The position numbers were made by a program, and so were the translations under genes. A DNA stretch of 51,245 bases. Source: an archaeon (GTDB lineage Archaea > Iainarchaeota > Iainarchaeia > Iainarchaeales > 1-14-0-10-31-34). Location: positions 1-51,245 of the forward strand of contig JBDRIL010000060.1 of the NCBI GenBank assembly GCA_043815885.1, in the 5' to 3' direction. Below are positions 1-9,754 of the stretch, piece by piece. Below the pieces are notes generated by a model that was not told where the DNA came from, ran no database searches, and saw only the letters and a list, made by a program, of their open reading frames with translations. Numbering within the stretch: the first letter of the stretch is position 1; each line of letters begins with the position of its first letter.

Positions 1-426
1 GAGGAATTCATTCAGAGGGTAATGGAAGATGTCAAGAAGATAAAGGAATTGAGCAGGATAGAGAAGCCAAAAAAAATAACTGTTTTTGTCGCAGAGGAAT
101 GGAAGTGGAAGGTATTGCTAAAGGTTTTTAAGCTGAAGGAAAAGGAAAAGAGGATTGGTTTTGGGGAAGCAATAAATGAAGCAAGAAAGTTAAAGGAAGC
201 AAAAGAAAAGGGAAAGGAATTGCAGAAATTTGTTCAGGTTTTAGTGAAGAAAATAAATGAGATAAGGGAAGTAATTGAGATAGAAGAATACAAATGTATA
301 CATAACTCAAAAACTGTTCTGGAAAAAGAATTTAATGCAAAAATTGAATTAGTGAAAGCAGGGAAAAGCAAGGAAGGAAAAGCAAGGAATGCATTTCCCT
401 TGAAGCCGGCTATTTTAATTGAATGA
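1..426 (+). CDS. leuS: Leucyl-tRNA synthetase, C-terminal fragment (5' partial)
   Basis: Frame is open from base 1. 'VFVAEEWKW' and the ending 'KARNAFPLKPAILIE' match the archaeal LeuRS C-terminal domain. Confidence 0.85.
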   Translation, partial: EEFIQRVMEDVKKIKELSRIEKPKKITVFVAEEWKWKVLLKVFKLKEKEKRIGFGEAINEARKLKEAKEKGKELQKFVQVLVKKINEIREVIEIEEYKCIHNSKTVLEKEFNAKIELVKAGKSKEGKARNAFPLKPAILIE

Positions 427-461
427 ATATTTTAAGATAATTAGCTTTCCGCCCAAAGCCT

Positions 462-758
462 TTACTCAATGCAGATTTTGTTTCCCAATGGAGTATAAAC
501 TACGAGAACCCAGATTGCAGCTATCGGTATACGCATTGCAATTCCAAGCATTGCACCACTTGAGATAAGCCCGTCAGTTGTAAATTCAATAAATCCCCCG
601 CCCTCGCTCAGAAAACCAAGAACGTGGTCAACTAAAACCATGATGAATGCCCCCCACAGCATTAAGGCCAGAAAGCCAAGTTTGTACTTTTTATTCTTTA
701 CCAGAAAGCAAGTTGCAGTAACTGCAACCGCTGCAATAAGTGTAATGATAAACCACAT
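462..758 (-). CDS. Small 3-TM membrane protein, paralogue of the neighbouring gene
   Basis: Three hydrophobic segments; 'LMLWGAFIMVLVDH' motif. Confidence 0.8.
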   Translation of the reverse strand: MWFIITLIAAVAVTATCFLVKNKKYKLGFLALMLWGAFIMVLVDHVLGFLSEGGGFIEFTTDGLISSGAMLGIAMRIPIAAIWVLVVYTPLGNKICIE

Positions 759-783
759 TTCTATTGCCTCGCTTTTACTCCAT

Positions 784-1122
784 TCATGCTTCGGATGCAG
801 TCATTGGCACGGTTCTTAATGCTGTTGCTTTTTCATAGGCAACGACAATTGCAATCCATCCCAAAACTAACGCGACTGTCATCGGGATTCCCACTGTTGC
901 CATCTCTCCAATCATTGCTGTAGTGTCTGCTGCAGTGCTCATTGCAGTCAAAAATGGTGGCCAGGGAACAATTTCCTGGTGTGCAATGTGCTCTACAGCC
1001 AGAGCTATTGCGCCACCAAAAATCATTACAATAAGCCAGTTAATGTGCCATTGCCCCGGAAATTTTTTTCTCATAATAGTTATTATAACGCCGAATACTG
1101 TTGCCACCGCAAAACATGCCAT
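784..1122 (-). CDS. Small 3-TM membrane protein with N-terminal MAC and 'EHIAH' motifs
   Basis: ATG at 1122 follows a GGTGA SD. Hydrophobic helices; 'MIFGGAIALAVEHIAHQEIVPWPPFLTAM'. Confidence 0.8.
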   Translation of the reverse strand: MACFAVATVFGVIITIMRKKFPGQWHINWLIVMIFGGAIALAVEHIAHQEIVPWPPFLTAMSTAADTTAMIGEMATVGIPMTVALVLGWIAIVVAYEKATALRTVPMTASEA

Positions 1123-1173
1123 CAAATCACCTTATTCAAAACCTGCTTTTCTACCTAAAGAGTAAGAAACGAC

Positions 1174-1202
1174 AGTAATAAAAATATTATTTTAGTAATA
1201 CT
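1174..1202. promoter_or_regulatory. Candidate NikR operator
   Basis: AGTAATA-N15-TAATACT imperfect inverted repeat with an AT-rich spacer, between nikR and the divergent membrane genes. Resembles the GTATGA-N16-TCATAC architecture of the E. coli NikR operator. Confidence 0.5.
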
Positions 1203-1241
1203 ATTGATAACTCTTCTTAATAAACCTTGAAAGGGAATTAA

Positions 1242-1649
1242 ATGGAAGGAAAAGTGAAAAGAATCAGTGTTTCGGTTCCGGAAGAACTGCTGAAAGAATT
1301 TGATGAATTAACCACAAAAAAGGCTTACATCAGCAGGTCAAAGGCAATTGGGGACGCAATAAGAAGCTATATCGCAAACTATAGATGGAGTGAGGAAAAA
1401 AAAGCAGGAATAGGAACAATATCTATTCTTTACGACCACACGATTAGGGGGGTTACAGAAAAAATAGTCGAAGTCCAGCACTCCTTTCACAGCCTAATAA
1501 GCTCCAACACCCATCTTCACTTGGACGGAAAAAACTGCCTGGAAATAATAATAGTAAAATCAAACCCCAAAAAAATCAATGAACTGGCATCAAAACTGCA
1601 GGTCCTAAGAGGAGTGAAACAAGCAAAGCTTGTAACAATTACTCCTTAG
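1242..1649 (+). CDS. nikR: Nickel-responsive regulator NikR
   Basis: Ribbon-helix-helix N-terminus (RISVSVP...SRSKAIGDAIR); Ni-binding 'QH...HLHLD..NCLE'. Confidence 0.95.
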   Translation: MEGKVKRISVSVPEELLKEFDELTTKKAYISRSKAIGDAIRSYIANYRWSEEKKAGIGTISILYDHTIRGVTEKIVEVQHSFHSLISSNTHLHLDGKNCLEIIIVKSNPKKINELASKLQVLRGVKQAKLVTITP

Positions 1650-1716
1650 CCAAAAAAAGACAAACCGCCTGAAATCGTTAATTTTAAGGCATTAATACCA
1701 TACGCTATTTAGGGAC

Positions 1717-1802
1717 ATGAAACAAAAATTGCAATAGCGGCAATTGCCCTATTCCTGCTTTTGCTTGTAATTGAGTCAAATTCCAGGGCGCCAGGTGGGT
1801 AA
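1717..1802 (+). pseudogene. Possible frameshifted signal-peptide remnant
   Basis: Adding one A after ATGAAA gives MKTKIAIAAIALFLLLLVIESNSRAPGG*, with the stop abutting the next ATG. Confidence 0.3.
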
Positions 1803-2504
1803 ATGAGAAAATTATATTTGTTAGTGTTGTTTATTATTGGCGTTTTATTGTTGACTTCTGGTTGTCTAACAGAAACTGGACTTAAAAAGGTTGCCAAATG
1901 CGAAGAAATACAAGGCCAATACAACAAAGATTACTGTTATTACGATGCTGTCAGATATGGAGCCGGCAGTATAATCTGCACAAAGATAGCTGACCAAAAC
2001 ATGCAAAACTCCTGCTATTTTACCGCCGCTAAAAAAGAGGGAAATGGAGCGTTGTGCGAAAAAATTGATTACACAGAACTTAAAGAAGTTTGTTTTGCCG
2101 TAGTTGAAAAGAATGTGGATGCGTGTGAAAAATTAAACAATGAGTGGAAGAACAGATGCTACAACGATATTGCTCTTTCAAAGAAAGACAAATCAATCTG
2201 TGGGATGATAGCTGATGAAGAAGAGAGAGACCACTGCATCTGGGATGTTTTATTCTCATTAAATTTCTTTGGAATTAATAGGGAAGCAATATGTGAAGAG
2301 CTGACTAATTCAAAGATAAAAGATTTGTGCTATTTTGATGCGGCCAATGCAGAGCAAAATCCGGCAATCTGTGAGAAAATAACTGAGTCAGATAAAAAAT
2401 ACAACTGCTTAGCAATAAACTCAGGAGACAACAGCTACTGCAACAAAATAATGGATCTGGACAGAAAACAAAGCTGCCATACTACACTACAAACTTTTGA
2501 TTAA
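1803..2504 (+). CDS. Secreted or lipid-anchored Cys-rich repeat protein
   Basis: Lipobox-like LTSGC, then about 8 repeats of 'C-x-K-I-x(6-8)-C-Y'. Confidence 0.85.
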   Translation: MRKLYLLVLFIIGVLLLTSGCLTETGLKKVAKCEEIQGQYNKDYCYYDAVRYGAGSIICTKIADQNMQNSCYFTAAKKEGNGALCEKIDYTELKEVCFAVVEKNVDACEKLNNEWKNRCYNDIALSKKDKSICGMIADEEERDHCIWDVLFSLNFFGINREAICEELTNSKIKDLCYFDAANAEQNPAICEKITESDKKYNCLAINSGDNSYCNKIMDLDRKQSCHTTLQTFD

Positions 2505-2552
2505 CAAAGTTTAACCTATAGATTAAAGTATATAATCTCTATACCTCTCTGT

Positions 2553-2569
2553 AGGCGATGATGAGATTA
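2553..2569 (+). repeat. Direct repeat copy 1, AGGCGATGATGAG(a)TTA
   Basis: 16/17 identical to 3574-3590. Confidence 0.7.
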
Positions 2570-2602
2570 ACACTCAAAAAGTGGAGGGGGTTACAACAGT
2601 TT

Positions 2603-3370
2603 TTAGCTCACGGTTGAAGGATATTTTTCAAGATATGCTTCGGCAAGAATATTAAATAATGCATCATCATATACTGTGCCGGCATCATTTCCGTTCCAAC
2701 CAATGATTACATTACTGCCAGATACCCAGAGATAAGCCCTTGCTATTCCTGCTGGTTCCTCAACTGTTCTTTCAAAAATTTTATTTCCGTTAATCTCCCT
2801 AGAAACCATACTGCTAATACGACTTTTAAAATAACTATCTGCTTCATCAGAAGAGTTAAACATACAGAGATAAAACTCAGAGTGCTGGTCATTATCCTGA
2901 GGGCTCATATACCTTAAATCTATGCACTCGTTAGGGTATCCCTCGTCAATGCGCTCCCATAGCCCCCCGTAAGTAAATTCACAAAGCTCTGGCAAATCCC
3001 AAATCATTTTATCTCTAACAATCTGCTCCTTGGGGGGTTCGCACTGTTGGCAATCTGCATCAGTTGTACAACCATCCTCTCCTGCTCCTTCTACTTCCAC
3101 ACACTGTTGGTTTTGACATTCAAGGTGTGTTTCAACTGGTTGTACGCAGTCTATGCTATTACGGCATTCATCTACTCCACTTCCTTGTACCTGCACACAT
3201 TGCTGGTTTTGACATTCTAAATGTGTTGCTTGTTGTTGGCAGTCCTGTGGGCAGTTGTCATGATTTTCGCCTGCTTCGCAAGCGCCATTCCCGCAAACAG
3301 GTGGCTGTGTGCAACCGCTTATCAAAATCACTACAACTAGAAAAGCAACAATCAAATATTCTTTTTTCAT
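2603..3370 (-). CDS. Cys-rich lipoprotein
   Basis: Likely start MKKEYLIV...ISGC. 'CGNGACEAGENHDNCPQDC' motif and two tandem 'THLECQNQQCV.V.G.G.D.C....DC' modules. Confidence 0.85.
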   Translation of the reverse strand: MKKEYLIVAFLVVVILISGCTQPPVCGNGACEAGENHDNCPQDCQQQATHLECQNQQCVQVQGSGVDECRNSIDCVQPVETHLECQNQQCVEVEGAGEDGCTTDADCQQCEPPKEQIVRDKMIWDLPELCEFTYGGLWERIDEGYPNECIDLRYMSPQDNDQHSEFYLCMFNSSDEADSYFKSRISSMVSREINGNKIFERTVEEPAGIARAYLWVSGSNVIIGWNGNDAGTVYDDALFNILAEAYLEKYPSTVS

Positions 3371-3573
3371 TATTTTATTATAAGGGGTTATCTTTAATTT
3401 AAGGCTTTTGCCCGAGCTTTCGGACACGCTTTCAATTTTCGGACAAGACTAATTTTTATAGTTCTTCAAAAGAAAAATTTACTGCCTCGATTCCAAATTA
3501 GTTCGTATGAAACCACACCAAACCACAAAACCTCAGCAATATTCTTTAAAGGTGCTAACACCTACCATTTTTC

Positions 3574-3590
3574 AGGCGATGATGAGCTTA
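3574..3590 (+). repeat. Direct repeat copy 2, AGGCGATGATGAG(c)TTA
   Basis: 16/17 identical to 2553-2569; overlaps the hydA stop codon. Confidence 0.7.
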
Positions 3591-4862
3591 TCCCCATTTC
3601 ACTTTAAGGAAGTGGGCTGAACAGGAAAAGCAGGGGTCATAGGCGCGGATGAGTTTTTCCATTTCCAGGGAGATTTCTTCTTTTGGTTTTTTCAGGAGAG
3701 AGGGAAGAAAGAGTTTGATGTCTCTCTCTATGGATGCGACATTTTGGGCTGTAGGGACAACCAGATTGCATTCCTTAACTGTTCCTTTTTCATCGAATTT
3801 ATAGGAATGATAGAGTGTTCCTCTGGGGGCTTCAACTACCCCTATTCCGACTGATTTTCTTGGGGTTATTGGAGGAATTGATTCCTCTCTTAATTTTAAG
3901 TCCTTTATCTTGTCTATTGCGTAATCAATGAAGTGAAGTATTTCGACTGCCTGGGCAAGATTGTTTGCATAAGGGCATTGTTCTTTTAGTTTTACTCCAA
4001 TTCTATTCAACTCGTTCCTGGTTTCTTTTCTAATTCTTTTATGCATTAAATTGTATCTGCTTAAGGCTCCGACATAGAATTCCTCTCCAAAGAGCTTGGC
4101 GAATTTTGCAGTGGAAAAAGAGACAACGTATTCCCTTAAATTGCTTAAGTATTCTTCTTCTGGAATGCACATTCCTTTATTGGAGCAGACCATTCCTGTA
4201 TTGAGGGAATAATCATTGTTCACTAAAGAAATGTAAGTGGACGGCCTGACGCATTCATACTTAAAGGAATTAAATAATTCGATGCATTTCACTGCATCCT
4301 TTCTTGCCTTCTTTAAGTGATCATATAATTCATTCAATTGTTTTTGATAAGGAATTACCTTGAATCCTCCGATCGTTGCATTCACTGGATGAATGGCTCT
4401 TCCGCCAAACACCTTCACGATTTCTGAAGCTACCTTCTTTATTCGGATTGCCCGATGGATTTCTTCATGGTGTTTTTCCTCGAAATCAAGGATGGAATCC
4501 TTTCCAAGATAATCAGGAAGTGAGAAAAAGTAAAGATGGAGGGTGTGGCTTCTGATTATTTCCCCTATAAGCATTAGGTTCTGCATTAATCTGGTTTGTT
4601 CTGTGGTTTCTACGCCAAATGCTTTTTCTATGGCCTTAACTGAGGCAGAGACATAGGAAGTGGAACAGACACCGCAGATCCTTGAAGTAAAGGTCGGGAT
4701 ATCCTTATAGCTTCTTCCAACAACCATTTCCTCAAAGAAACGGGCATTCTCTGTAATATCCAGCTGGGCTTTCTCTACTACTCCTTTTCTTACTCTGAGG
4801 AATAAATTTGAATGGCCTTCAACTTTTGTTAAGCCATAAAGACTCAAATCCATTGAATGCAT
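3588..4862 (-). CDS. hydA: Group 3b NiFe hydrogenase (sulfhydrogenase) large/alpha subunit
   Basis: 'KVEGH', L1 'RICGVC', 'EAPRGTLYH', L2 'DPCFSCSAH' plus a short C-terminal extension. GGAGG SD precedes ATG 4862. Confidence 0.93.
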   Translation of the reverse strand: MHSMDLSLYGLTKVEGHSNLFLRVRKGVVEKAQLDITENARFFEEMVVGRSYKDIPTFTSRICGVCSTSYVSASVKAIEKAFGVETTEQTRLMQNLMLIGEIIRSHTLHLYFFSLPDYLGKDSILDFEEKHHEEIHRAIRIKKVASEIVKVFGGRAIHPVNATIGGFKVIPYQKQLNELYDHLKKARKDAVKCIELFNSFKYECVRPSTYISLVNNDYSLNTGMVCSNKGMCIPEEEYLSNLREYVVSFSTAKFAKLFGEEFYVGALSRYNLMHKRIRKETRNELNRIGVKLKEQCPYANNLAQAVEILHFIDYAIDKIKDLKLREESIPPITPRKSVGIGVVEAPRGTLYHSYKFDEKGTVKECNLVVPTAQNVASIERDIKLFLPSLLKKPKEEISLEMEKLIRAYDPCFSCSAHFLKVKWG

Positions 4863-4875
4863 TTTCTTCCTCCTT

Positions 4876-5661
4876 TTACAAATGAAAGTAATACTTTCCA
4901 ATTATCTCATTTATTTCCTTCATTGAAAAACCTTTTTCCTGCAATAATTTCTTGAATGAATTAAAGTTGGCATCACTGTAAAAGCCCCTGCAGCCGTCAC
5001 ACGCTGCACCATTATTTGGACAGAGGGAATCACATCCGGCAGCAATTATCGGGCCCATGCAGAAACCTTCTTTTATCAATAAGCATTCATTTTCATTCTG
5101 CTTGCATTCAACACACACAGCAAAATCCTTTTCCCTTGGCTTTAATCCATGAACAAGGTGAATCATCAATGAATAGAATTCTTCTTTCTGTATTGGACAG
5201 CCTCTTACAATGTAATCAACTTTAACGTATTTCCCTATCGGCCAGGCTTCTGTCTCCTGCTTGGTTGTTTCAGTGATTTTTTTCTTTAATTCTTCCGAGA
5301 GATGGTTTCTGACTGAAGTAATCCCTCCAAATGCAGCACATGCCCCCAAAGCCACAAGCGATTTTGCATTCTTTCTTATTTCCTTTAATTTCTTTATGTT
5401 GTCCTTTGAAGTAATTGTTCCTTCCACTATCGCAATATCCATTGGCTTTACTTCATAGGATTCCCTTAGCATTTTAAAGTAAGAGAGATTCATTGCCTTA
5501 TTCAATTCAAGCAATCTTTCCTCTAATTCAATTACCTCAAACTGGCAGCCCTCACAGCAGGTGAAAGTGAAAACACCGACAGTTAATCTGTTGTTTTTAT
5601 TGTATACCGAAGGTATACAATGTTTTTTTGATAAAACTTTTCGGAAAAGTTTTTTATTCAT
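4876..5661 (-). CDS. hydD: Group 3b hydrogenase small/delta subunit, with a 19-aa N-terminal insertion
   Basis: 'TCCEGC', 'VEG', 'GACA..GG', 'GCP' and a C-terminal Cys cluster. Confidence 0.92.
   Translation of the reverse strand: MNKKLFRKVLSKKHCIPSVYNKNNRLTVGVFTFTCCEGCQFEVIELEERLLELNKAMNLSYFKMLRESYEVKPMDIAIVEGTITSKDNIKKLKEIRKNAKSLVALGACAAFGGITSVRNHLSEELKKKITETTKQETEAWPIGKYVKVDYIVRGCPIQKEEFYSLMIHLVHGLKPREKDFAVCVECKQNENECLLIKEGFCMGPIIAAGCDSLCPNNGAACDGCRGFYSDANFNSFKKLLQEKGFSMKEINEIIGKYYFHL
5602..5658 (-). repeat. 57-nt in-frame double-hairpin element in hydD
   Basis: AAAACTTTT-CCG-AAAAGTTTT and ATTGTATACC-TTC-GGTATACAAT, bounded by AATAAAAA direct repeats. Homologous to 12597-12707. Confidence 0.85.
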
Positions 5662-5663
5662 TT

Positions 5664-6491
5664 TTATTCCTCTTCTTGAAATAAATTTATTTTATTTAAA
5701 GGAAAGACTGGCCCGTCCAGACAAACATGCTTTTCTCCAATCATGCAGTGACCGCACTTTCCTGTACCGCAATACATTAATCTCTCAAGGGAAGCATAAA
5801 TCCTTTCTTCACTGAAACCCAGTTCCTTCAGCTTTAATGAAACAAAGTGAATCATTACAGAAGGGCCGCAGATTAATGCCACTGCATTCTCTGGATTAAT
5901 GGTTTCCGGTTTCAATAAATCCGTAACCAATCCGACATGGCACTTGTAATCCTCGTCCTTGCAGTCAACAGCGAGAAGAGTGTTAATGGAAGAATTCTTC
6001 TGTAATTTATTCATTAATTCCCTGTAAATGATTTCCTTTGGGGACTTGGAGCCATAGTAGAGAGTGATTTTTTTACAGAGGGAAGGATTTTCTAGAAGGT
6101 GAAGCAGAAGGGAATGAATCGGCGCTACACCTATTCCTCCTGCAATCAGGTAAACATTTTTTCCATTTAATTCCTCTAAAGGCCAGCTGTTTCCGTAAGG
6201 CCCTCTCACTCCTACTGTTGCGCCTTCCTTTAATTCAAATAATTCATCTGTTACCTTGCCTGCTTTCATTACACTTAAATCAAATGAATTCTTTTGCGAT
6301 GGAGGAGAGGAAATGCTTATTGGGGCTTCTCCAACGCCAAAAACCGAGAGTTCTACAAACTGGCCCGGAAGAAAGGAAAAATTTTTTTGTGCAGAAGAAT
6401 CCTTAAAGGAAAGAGTGAAGGTTTTCACTTTAGGGGATTCCTCTTTTATCTTCTTTATAATGCATGGTTCTGGCATTAAATTATTCCTCAT
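5664..6491 (-). CDS. hydG: Group 3b hydrogenase gamma subunit (FAD/NAD(P)-binding, 2Fe-2S)
   Basis: 'PGQF', 'GPYGN', 'GGIGVAP', 'CGP', 'CGTGKCGHC...CLDGPVF'. ATG 6491 overlaps the end of the upstream gene. Confidence 0.92.
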   Translation of the reverse strand: MRNNLMPEPCIIKKIKEESPKVKTFTLSFKDSSAQKNFSFLPGQFVELSVFGVGEAPISISSPPSQKNSFDLSVMKAGKVTDELFELKEGATVGVRGPYGNSWPLEELNGKNVYLIAGGIGVAPIHSLLLHLLENPSLCKKITLYYGSKSPKEIIYRELMNKLQKNSSINTLLAVDCKDEDYKCHVGLVTDLLKPETINPENAVALICGPSVMIHFVSLKLKELGFSEERIYASLERLMYCGTGKCGHCMIGEKHVCLDGPVFPLNKINLFQEEE

Positions 6492-8682
6492 TTTTTTCAC
6501 CGCTGATATTGTTTACTATTTTCACTATATCGATTGAGACAGGGCATACATCAATACACCTTCCGCATCCAACACAGAGGTGCTGGGGGAAATTCTTTTT
6601 ATGGTAGAGTAATTTGTGGAGGATGAAATGCCTTAATCTGGAAGTACGGGACTTCCTGAATATATGGTCGCCGGAAACACGGGTAAAACGCTTTAACTGG
6701 CAGGAATCCCATTCCCTCATTCTAACAGCATCATTGCTCAGCAAAGCAAAATCATCCTTTATTCTGTAGCAGTAGCATGTAGGGCAGACCATTGTGCAGG
6801 AACCGCAACTCAAACAAATGTCTGCATTTTTCTCGAATTCTTTATGGGAAAAATTTTTTTTAAGGATTTCCTCAAAATTCTTTGAATTAATTTTTCTCGG
6901 GGTTTTTGGGACAGTAAGAGGGGAGTGCTTTTCAGTGGAAGAAAAAAACTTCTTGTTTATGAGTTTTAAGCCTTTTTCAGAGCCAACCTCTGCAAGGTAA
7001 TTCTTTCCGTTTCTCCAAAAGAATAAATCGAATTCTTGCGGAAGGTGAGTTCCGAGAGAGGTACAGAAACAGTTTTCCCCTGCTTCTTCACAGCTCAAAC
7101 CAATTAAAATTGAGTTCTCTCTTTTTTCCCAGTAAAAGGAATCAATTGGTTCCTTTAGGAAAACTGAATCAAGGATTGAAATTGCATGGAGGTCACAGCT
7201 CCTGATTCCAAAAAATATTCTATTTCCTGCTCTCGGGAGAGGCTTAACGGAATAAGAAGAATTTTTTTCATTGAATTCAAATAAGGCTTCTCCTGAAGGA
7301 AGAAAATATTTTTTTGTTGAAAAGGTGGTGGGTTTTTCCATGTAAAGGTTTGCTTCAGGGAATGGCTTGAAGCGCTTTATTTTTCTGTGGTCAAGGGAAG
7401 GGACAATCAATTCAGTTTTTTTATTTAATTCTTTCAGGAAAGGAAGGAGTTTTTCTTTCTTTAATTCAAATAATCCAAAAAATTGCTTTTTATGATTTTT
7501 TAATTCTTCTATTGCAGAAAGGGTTTTGCCTGAAAGGAATTTAAGCGAGGCCTTTCCGCTGAGGGAAACATAAGAGAATCTGTTTTTCGGGATTTTAAAT
7601 GAAAGCAGTGCTGTCTCAGTGTCCCCGCCTCCCAAAAAAGAGAATGCGTTGGAGGAAGCAATTGATTTAAGAATGCTTTTAGTTCCAAGGGAGAATTCTT
7701 TTTCCTCAAAGACTCCAAAAGGGCCATTGAATACAATCATTCTTGCTTTGGCTATTTCATCTGAATATAATTTAATTGTTCTTTCGCCGATGTCCTTGCT
7801 GAAGTATTTTGAGGGAAGGTCATCAACACTTAATTCCTTTCTTTTTTTGTTTTCATCAAAGGCCAAATCTATTGGAAGGAGAATCCTGCTTCCGTACTTA
7901 TTCAGTAATTCCTTTGCTTTTGGAATGAATTCAGTGAAATTCTTTTTTCTAATAAAGGAATCTTTGGCTCCAAGCTTGTGTCCCTGCGCAGAGAGAAATA
8001 CTTCAGAGAGAGCGCCTCCCAAAAGCACTTTGTCTGCCTTTCCTTGCTTCAGAAAAAATTCAATTGTTTTAATTGAGTCTTTTGGCTTAATTCCTCCGAG
8101 TATAAGCAAGCGGGGTTTTTGTGTAAAGGAAAGCGCTTTAGAGAGGGAATTGAGCTCTTTTTCCATTACCCCTCCAATGCAGGAAGGAAGTAAAGGGAGG
8201 AATCCTACAACTGATGCATGGCTTCTGTGGCTGACAGAAAACGCGTCCAATACAAATAAGTCTGCTTCTTTCGCCAAGTCCTGAATCCATTTTTCCTTTG
8301 AGTGCTCCAAGGGAGAGAGTTCCTTTGTTTCGTTTTCAAGGAAACGCGTATTTTCTAGGAGAAGGATTTGGCCTTTCTTTAAGTTTTTTACTTTCTGGAT
8401 AAAGTTATTCCATTCAGAGAATAAAACCTTTTTTCCGGTTAATCTGGAGAGAATTTTTGAGTGTTCTTTTAAGGAAGTGAAATCTTTCTCGCCTTTTCTT
8501 CCCTGATGGGATAAAACAATCAATCGGGTTTTTTTCCTGCTTAATTCCTTTAAGGTTTTAGCATGCTCAATAATTCTGCTTGAAATTACTGGTCTAGAGT
8601 TCTGAATATTGCTGTTGAAGTCAGCCCTTACAATAAGTGTTCTGCCACTAATATTCAGTTTATTTACCGGAGTTAAGGACAT
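6481..8682 (-). CDS. pgk: Fusion of phosphoglycerate kinase (about aa 1-397) and hydrogenase beta subunit HydB (4Fe-4S)
   Basis: PGK motifs: RADFN, SHQGR, LLENTRF, HRSHAS, NGPFGVFE, GGGDT. HydB/AsrA motifs: GIRSCD, CFC, CLSCGSCTMVCPTCYC, WDSC, CVGCGRCIDVCP. One uninterrupted frame. Confidence 0.92.
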   Translation of the reverse strand: MSLTPVNKLNISGRTLIVRADFNSNIQNSRPVISSRIIEHAKTLKELSRKKTRLIVLSHQGRKGEKDFTSLKEHSKILSRLTGKKVLFSEWNNFIQKVKNLKKGQILLLENTRFLENETKELSPLEHSKEKWIQDLAKEADLFVLDAFSVSHRSHASVVGFLPLLPSCIGGVMEKELNSLSKALSFTQKPRLLILGGIKPKDSIKTIEFFLKQGKADKVLLGGALSEVFLSAQGHKLGAKDSFIRKKNFTEFIPKAKELLNKYGSRILLPIDLAFDENKKRKELSVDDLPSKYFSKDIGERTIKLYSDEIAKARMIVFNGPFGVFEEKEFSLGTKSILKSIASSNAFSFLGGGDTETALLSFKIPKNRFSYVSLSGKASLKFLSGKTLSAIEELKNHKKQFFGLFELKKEKLLPFLKELNKKTELIVPSLDHRKIKRFKPFPEANLYMEKPTTFSTKKYFLPSGEALFEFNEKNSSYSVKPLPRAGNRIFFGIRSCDLHAISILDSVFLKEPIDSFYWEKRENSILIGLSCEEAGENCFCTSLGTHLPQEFDLFFWRNGKNYLAEVGSEKGLKLINKKFFSSTEKHSPLTVPKTPRKINSKNFEEILKKNFSHKEFEKNADICLSCGSCTMVCPTCYCYRIKDDFALLSNDAVRMREWDSCQLKRFTRVSGDHIFRKSRTSRLRHFILHKLLYHKKNFPQHLCVGCGRCIDVCPVSIDIVKIVNNISGEKNEE

Positions 8683-8700
8683 CCAAAAAGTCTCCTTAAT

Positions 8701-9732
<1,032 letters not shown>

Positions 9733-9754
9733 TCAGGCAATTCATTATTAAAAA

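Noticed and set aside
2553-2620. C/D box sRNA or fluoride riboswitch at GGCGATGATGA
   Set aside because: No CTGA D box at a suitable distance and no downstream complement to GGCG(A). Kept only as a direct repeat.
5594-5661. Hairpin inserts as bulge-helix-bulge archaeal introns
   Set aside because: Both junctions are the same A-rich direct repeat and cannot pair into a BHB. The inserts are in frame without stops, so splicing is not required.
7619-8284. 221-aa plus-strand ORF and the many similar antisense ORFs in the track
   Set aside because: They lie opposite well-supported genes and are S/F/I-rich shadows of K/E-rich coding strands.
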